A stretch of DNA of 63,691 nt, the filler included, from Folioceros fuciformis (lineage: Eukaryota), in the NCBI GenBank assembly GCA_049999805.1. It is 7 parts of 7 records of this genome, joined end to end, with 100 filler letters (N's around TTAATTAATTAA, not from the genome) between each part and the next. Parts side by side here need not be neighbours in the genome. Positions count along the whole stretch, not along the records: positions 1 to 16,048 come from JBNGIO010006249.1; positions 16,149 to 23,503 come from JBNGIO010006253.1; positions 23,604 to 51,002 come from JBNGIO010006255.1; 4 more parts are not named here. The stretch is one strand, 5' to 3'. Shown piece after piece: positions 11,695-24,213 of the stretch (position 1 is the first letter of the stretch; every line of letters begins with the position of its first letter). The notes under the pieces were generated by a model. The model searched no databases. It was given only the letters and a program-made list of their open reading frames with translations, and had not been told where the DNA came from. The position numbers were made by a program, and so were the translations under genes.

Positions 11695-14555
11695 GCCATC
11701 AGGCTGGGGGTCATGACAAGAGAAGTGTCCTCCCTGCTTGGTTAGCCGCATTCCAGGCAGACAGATGTGGGGCTTTCAACCCTGGTATGGCTTGCCAGAG
11801 TGAAGAGGAAACAGGTTCCCTGTTGGGGCGCAAGGTGCTTCACATTTATTCTTCGAGAAGCTGCTAAAGGCTCTGTCAGACCAGCCACTGGAGGAATGCG
11901 CCATGTTGAGTAGACTTGTTGCTGGATAGCAACGGCCAGAAAGTACAGAGGATGTTTTCGGATTCTTGCACATTGGGCATCAACCAGCATGAAGACGATG
12001 ATGGCGACAAATTGGGCCAGAGCTCGAGAGGCTTTGAACAGTGTTGCTAGCAGTATGCAGTGAAAGAAGTATACTCTCTGCTAAGAAGAAAAAGGAAGGA
12101 GCGAAATCGGCATGCTCCTGCCTTACTTAGCCTCAGCGTGCTTAGTTGATCAGAGTGTGATGGCGCGCTTGCCTATGATGCCTGTCATGGTTGTTCAAGT
12201 CAGTAATCAATAGCAGAGACCAGATTCTGGCACCTACCTCTTATGTTGCAGGCGAATGATTGAGGGACAGAGATAAGTATTCGAATGATTGAGAGACAGA
12301 AGTGTGAGAGACGGAGAAAGTGTATTCGTGTGAGTGTACTGGTGCATCTGCAAAGGTCCCAAGTGGTCCCACATCCTTCCAGAGCACTGGAAAGCTTTTC
12401 AACGTGTCCTGTCGTGACGCAGCCTGCAGCACGGTACACGGTCCAGCAGTCGAGGAGGGGGCAAGTTTGCAGTGCGCTGCTGCACCCTTTCTTGTCCGGT
12501 GAGCTGCACCATCTTCGAGACTAGGCCATGGGATAGGTGCGAATTATGGTATCGGCAAATGTGAGGGAGGAGAAGTCAAGGACAGGACCAGACAGGTTGC
12601 TGCAACGTGCACGGACACAGATCTTCATCAGCTGGGGGCAACGTGGCGGTAGATGCGGTAGGAGGGGACTGTGGAGGTGGACCCTCCTCTCCTTCACCGC
12701 TGCCGGCGAACCCGCGCTAACGTGACTGAGTCTGGTCGGTGGCCTCGCCTTCCGTCTCCCTCACAATGCTGACCACAACCAACGTCGACTGGCTTCCTTC
12801 ACTGCGGAAGAGACTGGGTTCTGCCCGCTCGGGCGCGGCAGCACTGGCTCGCAGAGATTGGGATGGGTCCTGCTCGCACACTCGCTTTGACTCAAGTATC
12901 ATCGGCACAGATGGCAATCTATGGCAGCCTGCTCCATGACTGGCCGTCTCTTGCTGCTGTCAGCTTTTCTTTTCCTTCTCTCTCTCTTCTGCAGTCACGG
13001 CTTGTGAGCATCATGTGGTGACCAGGAAAGATGGTGCTCGAGCTCTGGAATTCATGTCTTGAAGGGACTAGCTGCTCCGGCTTCAAGTGTGTGGTGACGC
13101 CAGGGCCAGAGCCCCGACGTACATGAGCCAGCTGCCCCTGTCTCTCACTGGTTGTATCTCTACCAGCAATTGGCTGTAAATGTTGTACAGACAGGTGGAT
13201 GGCTTGGACGGAGGTGCTCTGTGGTGGAGAGAAACTGGAAAGGAGGGAGCATTGGAGCAGAGCACCAGGAGTGCGTCTATTCATCGTCCTGCTCTGGAGA
13301 GGAAGTTCGGCTTCCGCATGCACCAGAGCGACCTCACTTTTCATTTGCTTGCAGCTGTTGGCGTTCAGAGGAGTTCGAGCGAGGACTAAGACTTGTGCAA
13401 TCCTGAGAGCTTGATGTGTGATGCGACGGATGCGACCTGCCCCCATCCAAGACTGACTGGACGATCAGATGCAAGAAGCCCACGAAGCAGACGTGATTTT
13501 TTGCAAACTTCGCAGCGCCCAGTTGCTCCTTCTGTAAAACCCACCTCAAAAACCTCTAGCCCGTTAGAGCCCGCTGTTTTAGCTACGAGAACATTGCAAG
13601 ATTGCTGAAATGTGCAGGATTCGTCTGTGGGTCGCAAACAGGTGAGTTTGTCAACGGTGTGTGTCCCTCCCTCTTCAGTCCACTAGCGTCCTTTCCGTGG
13701 TGGTCCAAGGCCTAGGTGTCCATTACTGCTTCGAAGTCATCTCCGTTCACGGAGATGACGATGGCGTCTCGACCGATCTCTGGATGCTTTCATTTCCTGT
13801 TGTGGTCAAGATGCCTATTCCTTTCTGTCTGCAGTAGTCAAGGGTAGGCAAGACAACTAGTTCGACTACGGGCCTGTGGGTTTTTGAGGCGAGTTTTACA
13901 AGAACACAGCTCTGCGTTGTGGGTTTTGCAAAAGATCAACTCTACTTCCTGCGCTTTCCAACGAGAATCGATGCCTTCTCTTCATTTTCTTCACTCTTCA
14001 GATTGATCCGCGTTTCCTGCATTTCGAGCATCGAAGACGCGTGATCCTGATGTGTTCAAGCAACGCCTCGTTCGGAAAGGTCAAAGAATGGCAGACCAAG
14101 GAGAATACGCTTCAAATGGAGGAGATTTGTTCGATTTGTACGTTACAGGGGGCGATATGGACACAATGTACAATGTAGTGAGCAAGCCGGAAAGATTGAG
14201 CGCCAGTCAGTAGCTTAGAAGATCTTCGAAGGTCCTGGGCAGCTCCAGTAGCTTTGGAGCAAAGTCCTGGGTTATTGAGCTCCGATTACGTGTGTTGCAA
14301 CTTGGTGTGCAGGGACCACGGTGTTCTTACAGCGAGAACTTGATCCAGCCTTGCCTGTGGATCAAGAGTTGCACCTGCAAGGACCACAACGTAGTCCAGC
14401 TTTAGACTCGGCATACACCCGGGCTATGTGGACAAAAACCCGGAAGGAGATGGACCGAGAGGTACGTACTTGTCTTGACGGCTGTACTTCCCAAGACAAG
14501 GATGCATTTTCTTGTGACCAGGCATTTGCTGGACTAGGAAGCTCGAGTCATTCGT

Positions 14556-16048
14556 TTAGGTCTCCACCAACGGTACTCCACGAGATCGAAACCACGAGGC
14601 CATCCGGAATGTGGCATCCAGCACGGGTCGAACGTCCTTCTCATGAGAAAGAAGTTCCAGCAAGGGTAGCAGGACCCACAGAAGCTGCAAAAACAAGTCA
14701 GAGAGGGCAAACGTAAGCAACATCGCACACACCACGACACAAACAGGACAGGAGTGAAGATTGAAGGGGCGTTTCTCATTACTTGCTGATCGTGTGGGTC
14801 ATCCCCAGTGAATGGGACGCAAGGTATTCCATTACTGGGTTGCAACACGAAGCTGAAGGGGTTGTTGTCTACGATGACAGTCCTCTTCAGATCCCTTCCG
14901 AGACATGACAAATCCTTGACATGACACGAGACCTCCTGGACGTGGTCGTTGTACTTCCTGAAGACGTTGTCCCCCGGAGACATTAGATGTCGGTAGAACA
15001 AGGTGAATTGAAGTTCAGAAGCAGAACAACAAGCGACGCATAACACTTACGTGACGACCGTGGCTGGTCGATAAAGCCTTGACGTGACCCTCTTGTTGGA
15101 GTCGATCTTGTCGATGAGCGGACTTGCATAATCTGCAGCCCCGAGGCACGGCACGCGCTTCAATCATCAGACAAAGCAACGCTGGTAACACAAGCCTGGT
15201 TGTGGGAAGCTTGCTACACGACCCACCTTCCACTCCTGCTGTGAAGATGACCAGTTCACAGAACATGCTAGCCTTTTCCAGGAACTCTTGCAGCCCCGGC
15301 CGCTCATACACAACCACCGTGTTCAGCTTCTGCCTGCCATCAGCCTCCTGTTCCAAACCCGCCAAGAATTGTATTCAGACCACACCCGCTTCCAGACACA
15401 GCGTCAAGGAAGCAACGAGGACGCATTTGCACCCAGCACTCACATCGTACACCAGACACTGGAGCTGGAACCAATGCATCCCGGACCTGACAGCCTGGCT
15501 GTGCAGCAGAGGGACCAGAGCCTGGGAATCGTAGGCGCAAACCAGGGTCTCGTCCAGGTCCAGGACCACCTGCACCCGAAACCCGCAACCGAGATCACCG
15601 ACCCAGCCAAGCGCAACAAAACCCACAACCCGGTACTCCCACCGGGACCCGAATTCCGCATAATTCCCTTCCCACGCACCCGAATTCCGCAAACACAACA
15701 AACGCACCGTGAGCCTGCTCCCGTCCCCGCACCCCCTGGGCGCCAGAAGCCACGGATGCCTGAGCTGCGTAGCGCAGTACGAAGGCGCGGGCTCAGCCCC
15801 AGCGCAGAACGCGTGCAGACCGGCAAAGCAGAGCAGCGCGCGGAGAACGGGGGATCGCAGCGCCAGTCGCAACAAGAGGTGCAGCAGAGCCAGCACCCAT
15901 CTCACGCTGCAGTCCCACAACCTGACCCACTGCTCCACCAGCAGGCTGCTGCTGCTCCCCCCCTTCTCCTCCCTGTGCCGGAGGCCGATGCGGCCCTTCT
16001 CCAGCTCTTGCATCCCCGGACTGCGCCTGCCCAAGCCCCCCGCCGCCC
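14556..16048 (-). CDS. SCP1-like CTD small phosphatase (HAD, FCP1/NIF domain); 5' end runs into the gap
   Basis: Exons give VVLDLDETLVCAY, YERPGLQEFL...LVIFTAGVEGYA, RLYRPAT, HVKDLSCLGRDLKRTVIVDNNPFSFVLQPSNGIPC and LLPLLELLSHEKDVRPVL...*. The N-terminus is hydrophobic. Confidence 0.93.
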
Positions 16049-16148
16049 NNNNNNNNNNNNNNNNNNNNNNNNNNNNNNNNNNNNNNNNNNNNTTAATTAA
16101 TTAANNNNNNNNNNNNNNNNNNNNNNNNNNNNNNNNNNNNNNNNNNNN
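16049..16148. other. Artificial contig-joining spacer N44-TTAATTAATTAA-N44
   Basis: 100-nt spacer with stop codons in all six frames. Identical spacers at 23504-23603, 51003-51102, 54114-54213, 58469-58568 and 61620-61719. Confidence 0.97.
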
Positions 16149-17069
16149 CTCTGTTGCTCAGTTTTTAGAGCGGCCTGGTAAAGAACACTGGAGCGCAGTC
16201 AAACGCATATTGCGTTATCTCAAAGGCACTTCTGCATAGTCAAGGTCATTTTGTTGAGAGGCAAGTGGTCAAGATTGAGCATGTGTCCACAAAATTAAAT
16301 GTTGCAGATTTACTTACAAAGGCATTGCCTAGTTCAAAGCATACCTTTCATTTAGAACAAATGGGGTTAGTGAATCACCCTAGTGCTTCTCCACCTTCCT
16401 CTTCTTCCTAATCTCTTCAGTCTCTAGGCACTCAGTCTGGCAGTCTTTGGACTCTTTGCCTCTGTGTCTGATGATGCTTTTCCACAGCTACAGCAACAGG
16501 TTACCGTAGATGCAGCTTCAGTGTGCTATCTAATCGCCGTACTTGTTGTTGCTCTTCAGCTGGCAGCGGGACTTGCTTTGCCTCTGCCATCTGACTCTGC
16601 AGATCCTTCACATGCGCCCTGGCTGGTTCTTCTCCTACATGTGCTGGCTGGGTTCTTCTGTGCGCCACCGCAACTCGTAGTTTGTACTCCCTTTCTGTGA
16701 AGGCCACACAATATTCTGTTGCATATTCCCTCCAGCCTCTTCCTCCAGCTATTGCATTCTGTTTCTTGTCTCTCCTCTTCTGTTCCGCGCAGACGTGCGC
16801 GTGTAACAAATATGCGGCTATGGCCAAGGTGCAGATTGACAGCAGCAAGAGCAGTGTTTCAGTCATTGGAGCAGTCTCCTAAGCGTAGCAGTAACAGGCG
16901 TGTTCTTAAGGGGGTGTGTTAAGATAAAAGCCCCTTTATCTATAGTTAATAAGTACACGCTGTTAATTTAGGTTTAGGTTTATGAAGGGTCGTGAGTAAA
17001 TAATACTCTGACTATATATGTTGTATGTTTGTTCTTAATATTATTATTCATGTTCTGCAAACTTGCACA
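16149..17069 (+). mobile_element. Ty1/copia 3' end: deleted RT/RNase H remnant, extra antisense ORF, PPT and 3' LTR
   Basis: HWSAVKRILRYLKGT and NVADLLTKAL motifs. PPT AAGGGGGTG at 16908-16916 is followed by TGTT (LTR start 16917). LTR end approximate. Confidence 0.8.
16501..16866 (-). CDS. Antisense extra ORF inside the copia 3' region, with N-terminal transmembrane segment
   Basis: ATG to TAA, 121 aa. LLLLLSICTLAIAAYLL hydrophobic helix, basic KRRDKK patch, helical Q/E-rich tail. Confidence 0.5.
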   Translation of the reverse strand: MTETLLLLLSICTLAIAAYLLHAHVCAEQKRRDKKQNAIAGGRGWREYATEYCVAFTEREYKLRVAVAHRRTQPAHVGEEPARAHVKDLQSQMAEAKQVPLPAEEQQQVRRLDSTLKLHLR

Positions 17070-19562
17070 CGGCTTCCTCAAGCTTTCTTACATATACTCC
17101 TCTGGAATCACCTACAAAAACTAATCGCGGTGACGTCTGTTTGTGGAATTTCAAGAAGAGACCACGATTGTTTCAGATGTGCGACGTGGCTCCTCATTCC
17201 ACAAACCACTGTGAAGAACTGCCTTTGGACAGTGTGAGGCAAACTGTCAAAGCTGTAGCACTACTGCTACAGTGCTGTGAGGTACTATTGGAGCCAGCTA
17301 AGGACTTCTTCTCCTTTGAGATAGCATGAACCTCCTGCTTGGCCTCCTTCTTAGGCTCGCCAGCCTTCTTCTTATGGCAGTCTCATTCCCAGTGCCCTGG
17401 AATCTGGCACCAGTGACAGGTACCTTGTCATTTAGTAGAGGTAGTCGGAGTCGAGCTGAAGTCGTTGGACTGCTGCTTCTTTGCTCCTCTATCTTTCCTC
17501 TTCCAAGGACCTTTAGCTTTGGCATAGAGGACTTCGTCACCTCACTGACAATGGCATGACTTGCCATTGCTTTGGCTTTGCTTCTCTTGCAGGAGAGCAC
17601 CAATCACCTCGTTGATGTTGACAGCAGCAGATTGACCAGCAGCCACAGCCTTATAGGAGTCACGTAACGCAGAGTTTTGGCTAGAGACAAAAGTCTGGTA
17701 AGATGATGGAAGGTTGGCCAAGAGCTGAGCAATGGCGTCCAAATCAAACGTCTTGCTCCCTAACGCGGCTAGTTGATCCCGTAGGGTGCGCATCCAAGTG
17801 ACGTGTGCTCCAATCGAGTCCCCTTCCTTCAGTCTTAAGCCATAGAAGTTTTGCCTAGTAGCAACCAAGGTAAGAACATTATTAACTTGGTATGTCTATG
17901 TAAGCTGATCCCAAAATGCTGCAGCTGTGTCGAGGAAATCCACTTCAGTTACTGTAATCTCATCTAGGCCAGATAATAAAATCGCAAATGCGACATTATT
18001 CCCCTTCTTCCACTTTGCTATCTCATCTGCTAATCCTGGTGGAACTGTTGTGGTAGGATCAGAAAGGGAGCCATCAACATCCTCCCAAACATTGTGGGCT
18101 TCAGATGGGCCTTCATGCGAGCTCTCTAGCTCTCAAATTGAAAAGATTTACCATCAAACCATTCCTTTTCCTTAAACTCTCCTGAATATGTGTTTCTCAT
18201 TTGAACATTAACAGGTGGATTAGATAGAGGTGGAGTTGGCAGGGGATGAGTACCTACCATTGTAGTCCCTACACCAAGACCTGGTACAGATGAGGAGGCT
18301 GAATAGAGCCAAGAGGACATCAACATCAAAGTCACTATCACTATCTGCAGGAGATCTCAGCATAGCAGTGACATCAAGAGATGCGAGGAGGCCATCCCAG
18401 ACTTGAACAAGTACGTAAAAATAGAAGTTAGGTCATAATTGAGTTCAAAAGTAACCTGAACCCTAATTCTAAATCCCATGACAACTAACTAATAACTACC
18501 TGTACCTTCAGCTGAAGGTGAAGGGGAAAACCTAAGTGCCTCCAAAGCATAAAACTAACCGTCGCTCACACTCACGGTGCTTGGAATCTGCCTCTAATAG
18601 CCTCCAATGTCTGGCGTAGAAAGAACAAGCTATGAAGATCTTCAAATTGATGAGTCACTTGGGTACTGATCCAACATCCTCCTGTAATGGAGAGATATCA
18701 GTTGGAATCAACATTGGCATGTAGAGAGCAACAGTTGGTGGACAAACAGAGAGAGAAGATGCATCTCCAGTAGCTCTAGTACGAGAAGTGATCACTGCTG
18801 ACAGCTACTGAAGCTCCTCTTGAAGTGTCTCAAGAGCTTCATTAATGAGGTATAGTCCAGCACTTAAATGAGTTGAAGTCTTCACCAAACGTGCTGCTGT
18901 GACATTCAATCTTGCGTCCAATTTTCTGTCCAAATCTTCAATTGATATAGCACCTTTCTCCTTGCAAGCAAATTGTCGAAGTCTTGTGTGACAACTGCAA
19001 GTGCAGGCGTCTGAAGGAAGACCGCCTTCACCCTCAACCCTGCAGTCCAGCTCTATGAAGGATCTTGACATCCGGGGCCTAGCCTCATCTAGACAGGGAA
19101 TTGATTCCCCTGCATACGGTACATAATACTGATTTCTAGACTTCGAGGTATTTGAGGATGACCGGAAAAATGATATTGCTTTGAATCATTTAGAAAGTAG
19201 AAATAACAAGTTCTAACATGCTTTGTGCAGGCTAAGAGAAAACGGGTTGACAACCAGCCTACTTTTCATGTAACATGAAAAAGGAATGGGCTAACAACCC
19301 ATTCTTCTTTACTTAGCTTCTACATTTGCATAAAGAAAAATTAGAATGTTGCAACGGAAGATCTCAGAGAAATCGCCAGTGCTCTAATACCATGTAAATA
19401 TCTAAGGATAAACTAGACACTTTTGCTCATAATAGCAATTCAATTAATAACTGAAAAGAATAAAGTTTAAATAGCCAAAAGTATGGATAACCCTATCAGG
19501 GTTATACCTAAGTATAAATATATGTGTAACCTAAGCAGGTTAAACTAATGATTACTTCAACA
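17070..19562 (-). mobile_element. Ty1/copia 5' part: LTR, PBS, leader ORF, degenerate gag and protease
   Basis: TG..CA-bounded ~170-bp LTR at 19393-19562. PBS TGGTATTAGAGC at 19381-19392. gag FYGLRLKEGDSIGAHV...LLANLPSSYQTFV and degenerate protease GATSHI near 17180. Confidence 0.8.
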
Positions 19563-20212
19563 CTTAGAGTAGCTAAACTCCTTTAGACCTAAGGCATTCA
19601 TGTGATGGAAATGTTTGGCCTTTATGAGCCCTTTTGTGAAGATGTCTGCCGGATTTTGATGAGTGTTAATGTATTGCATCTTGATAGCTCCTCGTTCCGC
19701 TACGTCCCTGATATAGTGATGGTACAACTCTATATGTTTTGTATGTGCATGGAACCTAGGATTAGAGACAAGAGCTATAGCACTCAGGTTGTCACAGTGA
19801 AGCAATGTAGGCCCTTACTGAGTTTGATTTAAGAACTGTCGTTGCCATTCAGCCTTCTTGTAGGCATCTGTAAGAGCTTTGTACTCCGCCTTAGTAGAGG
19901 ACAGAGCAAGGGAAGTATGCATTTTACAGCTCCAACTAACAGATCCTGAGGACAGCATGAAGCAGTATGCCAACAAGCTCCTACGAGTGTCCGCATCAGA
20001 CGCCAAGTCGGCATCAGCATAAGAGATAAGTGTTAAGTTGTTACTCCCACTAAATGTGTAGTGAAGACCATACGAGATGGTTCCTTTAAGATATCTACAT
20101 ATGCGTTTAACAGCCACCCAGTGTAACCGTCTAGGTTGTTTGAGAAACTGAGAAGCCTGACTTACGGCATAACTAATGTCTAGCCTTGTCTAGTTTGCTA
20201 GAAAAATCAAGC
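19557..20212 (-). mobile_element. Ty1/copia RT C-terminus and RNase H remnant
   Basis: HWVAVKRICRYLKGT, YADADLASDADTRRS, SSTKAEYKA, LHCDNLSAI, HTKHIEL and NPADIFTKGL, with stops and frameshifts. Confidence 0.92.
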
Positions 20213-20400
20213 TGAAAGAAACGCGTCTGAAGCGTGTGTTTCCTCATCGCTAGTAGTTTTAGTTAGCTTAGTTCAGATTAGGGTTACTGGCAGTTAGTCA
20301 ATTGCTAACCACCATGTGTTCATTATAAGAGGAATTTTCCCTTCTCAATAAAGGTAGACCATGCATTCTCGATATTGCAAATTGCTCATGGTATCAGAGC
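20213..20400 (+). mobile_element. Nested LTR plus PBS of another LTR retrotransposon
   Basis: TG at 20213 interrupts the copia RT frame. CA at 20387-20388 is followed by a perfect tRNA-iMet PBS TGGTATCAGAGC (20389-20400). Confidence 0.7.
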
Positions 20401-20559
20401 AAAAATGATTCGAAGCTCCAGAATCCAGGTACCAATTCAAACTATCTAACTGACATGAATAGCAGCAGGTGACGATGAAGCTGCCCGGTGATGAGGTAGG
20501 TTGTGATTGGAGTTTGTTTGAACTAACGATCCCTCTATCTGATCATCAAATTTCTTTTT

Positions 20560-22014
20560 GCGGCATTCTTTCCAGAAATGCCCAAGCTTCTTACAATAGG
20601 AACACTTGAATCCATGCTTATTTGAATTCTAGAAATTAGAACTCTGTTCTCTATTTTGTTGTGTCCAGGGACGCCTACTCTTTTGAAATCGTCCCTTTGT
20701 AAACAGAGCTCCTCCACCATCAACACCTTGATTAGGTGCTATCAACTTCTTGGAATTTTCATGCTGGTACATTGTCGAAATGACCATTGTTACCGTCAAA
20801 TTAGGTCTGCCTTGTTGTGAAGTGATGAACGCTGACCAGCTGGTTGGAAGTGAAGCCAATAGAATTACCGCAGCATGTTCCTCAGTCACTATAGTTCCAA
20901 GGGAGGCCAGCTTTGACCTGTTTACTCTAAACTGGGTGATATGCTTTTCTACAGTGTCTGTCTCACTCATTTTTAGCTGGTAAAAGCTTTGTGTTGCCAT
21001 TACCAGGGCTAAAGTATCTCTCGCTGCGTAACTATCCCGTAACTGGTCCCATGCTTCCTTAGCTGTGACAGTGGAGAGCATGTGATGCATTGTTTCAGTC
21101 GTTAAAGCTTGCATCAAAATTGTGTGTGTTTTCCTTTCATCTTTCTCCCACACTGATATGTCTCTTGTTTCTGCTGCTGTGACATGATTTGGATCTACGG
21201 GAACGGGTTTGGCCGTTTGACCAATAACATGCCCCCATAATTCCTTTTCTTCCAGAATTGCCTTGACCCGTGCAGATCATATTCTAAAATCTTTACCAAA
21301 GAAGCGGTCCTTCTCCTTAAAATCAAAGGTTGTATAATTGTTGTTTACTATTCCCATGTTTTTCTGAATTCTAATCACGTGCTTTCTTGGTTTAGATGGT
21401 AAAGGAGGTGGTGTTGGCATGCCGTGAGAGCCTGAGGACATAAGGGATTAAAGCTTCAGGCAGGTATCCACCTGAAACTCCCTCTCACTCCGAGGCACAG
21501 ATTTTGTAGACTCCGTTATGTTATTGCTGCTGCGAATTTCAGTGTTCTCTGATGATTTTAGATTTAGGGACACTATGCCGCCCACACGATCTACCGCAGC
21601 ACTGAGGGTTTGTCGTGCCTCTTCTAAGATGTCTATCAAATCTTCAACTTGGTTGCACAATTTTGATTTTCAAGTTTGCAATTGTGGTTAGATGGGAGTA
21701 ATCAAGTCTGTCTTGGACAGGTGAAGCACGGCGTTGTGCTCTCCTGGTTCGTGCGCGCAATGGCACACAAGGCGCTGCAGGCGTGCAGCGTTCTGGAAAC
21801 GCTCTAAAGCATGAATTGCTCCTGTTCGAGTAGCTGGGCAGGAAATCCGTCGGTGAGAACCTGACCTGCCTTCCGTTGCTTGGAAACCGTCATGCGCCTC
21901 TTCCTAGCACCGTGTATTGACTGCCATTTGACGTCACATGCAGGCGCAGGAGTGGAGAATGCATGAACGTGGTGCAACGCTACCAGGATCGATATCCTTC
22001 GAGCTCTGATACCA
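20560..22014 (-). mobile_element. Ty1/copia gag region with PBS
   Basis: PBS (reverse complement GCTCTGATACCA) at 22003-22014. gag TAKEAWDQLRDSY...FYQLKMSETDTVEKHI...LLASLPTSWSAFI. Confidence 0.85.
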
Positions 22015-22019
22015 TGAAT

Positions 22020-23503
22020 CAAATGGAGCTTCGAATCATTTTTGCTTTGATTCAAGCATTGTGAGGGAGCTTGAATTATTTGAACCACCTCGCCAAGTAG
22101 CGCTAGGTGATGATAGATTGTGCCCAATAATGGGCCAAGGCAAAGTTGACCTGAAGTTAACAACAAGCTCAGTTTTGCAGCTATACCCCGTGATGTTGGT
22201 TCCAACATTGACTAAACACTTATTGTCAACAATAAGCCTGAGTAAGTTGAGACGCTATCGCATAGTGCTAGAAGATGATGAGACAGTTGTCTCACTCAAG
22301 GCAGAACCTGATAAAGCATTAATGCGAGGTAGACCAGACAAAGGCTTAATCCTGTTGGATGCAAAATCAATCAAGCAAGAAGAATTACAATTGTCCAGTA
22401 AGGATGATCAGCTTACCAGGCTATGGCATGATAGATTGGGGCACCCCTCTCAAAGAAAGCTTCATGAACTGGTCAAAGATGGACTAGCAATTGGAGTACC
22501 ATACTTCAATGTGAACCCGAACATGGGCTGTGATCCATGTGTGATGGGAAAGCAAGAAAGGCAACCACATAAGCCAAGTATGACTAGAGCTGAGCATCTA
22601 CTCGGGCTGGTGCACACAGATGTGTGCGGCCCCATGGAAAACGTTTCCTTAGGAGGCAGCAGATACTATGTAACCTTTATTGATGACAAAAGTCATTTTA
22701 CATGCGTATACTTCTTAAACAAAAGATCAGATGTGTTCAACAAGTTTAAGGAGTACCTCTGCTATGCCGAGAGACAGACCAGACATCAGCTTAAGATCTT
22801 GCGTTCAGATAATGGAGGGGAATATGTATTTGAACAGTTCAATGAATACTGTAAGCAAAATGGTATCCATCGGCACTTTTCAGTTGCATATACACCACAA
22901 CAAAACGGAGTGGCAAAAAAACGCAACAAGGATCTCAACAACTCAGTCATTACTACTTGCGGCCTCACTTCCGAAAGCCTATTGGGCTGAGGGAGTGTTT
23001 GTTGCAGTACATGTGCAAAACAGGTTGCCATCTAAGAAAATTCCAAGGTTTACACCCTATGAGTTATGGACTGGCTACAAACCTGATCAGAAGCACCAGA
23101 AGGTCTTTGGATGCCTGGCATACTCACATGTACTAGAACAACAAAGGAAGAAGTGGGATCCTAAGTCTCAACGCCTGATGTTTATAGGATATTCAAATAG
23201 CATCAAAGGATTCAAATTAGTTAATCCTCAGACAAAAAGGGTAATTTACTCTAGGAATGTTATCTTTAAGGAAAACAAAATGTGGATGATAGCTAGGAAT
23301 AGACCTCATACATCAGATTCCGACTTTGAAGCTGATCAAGAGGTCACAGAATTCCCACAACACATTTTTCCTAACGAACTAACAGAAGTTCAACAGCCAC
23401 AGGTGGTTCTTCCACCTGCATCACCAAATCAAGTTCAAACACCTCAGAGAATTGTAGGATCTCCTAATCTTGGAGGAGGTTTAAATCAAGACTCAAATTG
23501 AGG
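22020..23503 (+). mobile_element. Ty1/copia protease-integrase fragment (frameshifted)
   Basis: LWHDRLGHPS, CDPCVMGKQ, LVHTDVCGP, FIDDKS, LRSDNGGEY, YTPQQNGVA, then TPYELW and KVFGCLAY in a second frame. Confidence 0.95.
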
Positions 23504-24213
23504 NNNNNNNNNNNNNNNNNNNNNNNNNNNNNNNNNNNNNNNNNNNNTTAATTAATTAANNNNNNNNNNNNNNNNNNNNNNNNNNNNNNNNNNNNNNNNN
23601 NNNCCAGGGTGTAGGGGCTTGCCCCTAGCTCTTGATTGTAAAGGATGTGTTTTCTCTCGACCTGTCCACTCTTGTTCCTTGCTTGGACAAGTGCTGTAGG
23701 CCGGCCATGTCTCATGGCCTCTGGTAAGGTTATGAGGAGGAGATATCCAAGAGGGGAGTGTGTTCCCTTCTTTCTTTTCTTTGGGGTTAGTCTAGTGACT
23801 CTTGCCGGGTAGGAGGAGTCAGTAGGGAAGTGTAGAAGGTAGTGGTGTCATTGTTAGTTGCTGGTGTTGGTGTTGGAGTGAGAGAGTGAGTGAAATGAGT
23901 GAGGGAAGTCGCAGATCTAAGAGGTTAGGGTCGTTGTAGTGACTGGAGTGAGTTTGTGGGCACCGAGAGAGGTGCAGCTGACCGCCGGACAGCGAGGCCT
24001 GTCCTACGCCTGATCGGAGCTGGAGGGGAGCCCTCGAATCCATCATCGAGTTCATCAAGCCCGACCCTCCATCCACAGCAGCAAGGAACCCCATCGCTCC
24101 TTCGTGGGAACGAAACCCAATGTCTCAACGACAGTGGGATAAGTGTGGCCACTAAAGGTGGAACCCGTTGGCAATCAGTGCCCAGGGTTTTGCCTCCATA
24201 GAGGGGCTCCTTG

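Noticed and set aside
12365-12376. GTCCCACATCC resembling the plant snRNA/telomerase-RNA USE promoter element
   Set aside because: No properly spaced TATA box and no recognisable snRNA or telomere-template sequence downstream.
11990-14300. Many short overlapping ORFs
   Set aside because: No recognisable domain and no consistent exon chain could be built.
15288-16100. 270-aa plus-strand ORF
   Set aside because: Antisense shadow of the GC-rich CTD phosphatase exons.
16093-16104. TTAATTAATTAA palindrome repeated six times, considered as a biological repeat or CRISPR-like array
   Set aside because: It is always centred in exactly 44+44 Ns, so it is an assembly linker.
16967-16982. TTTAGGTTTAGGTTTA telomere-like motif
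   Set aside because: Too short, not TTTAGGG, and inside an AT-rich LTR.
23604-24213. Possible LTR/5' leader of another retroelement
   Set aside because: It truncates the adjacent copia and looks LTR-like, but no PBS, PPT or second copy is visible to support it.
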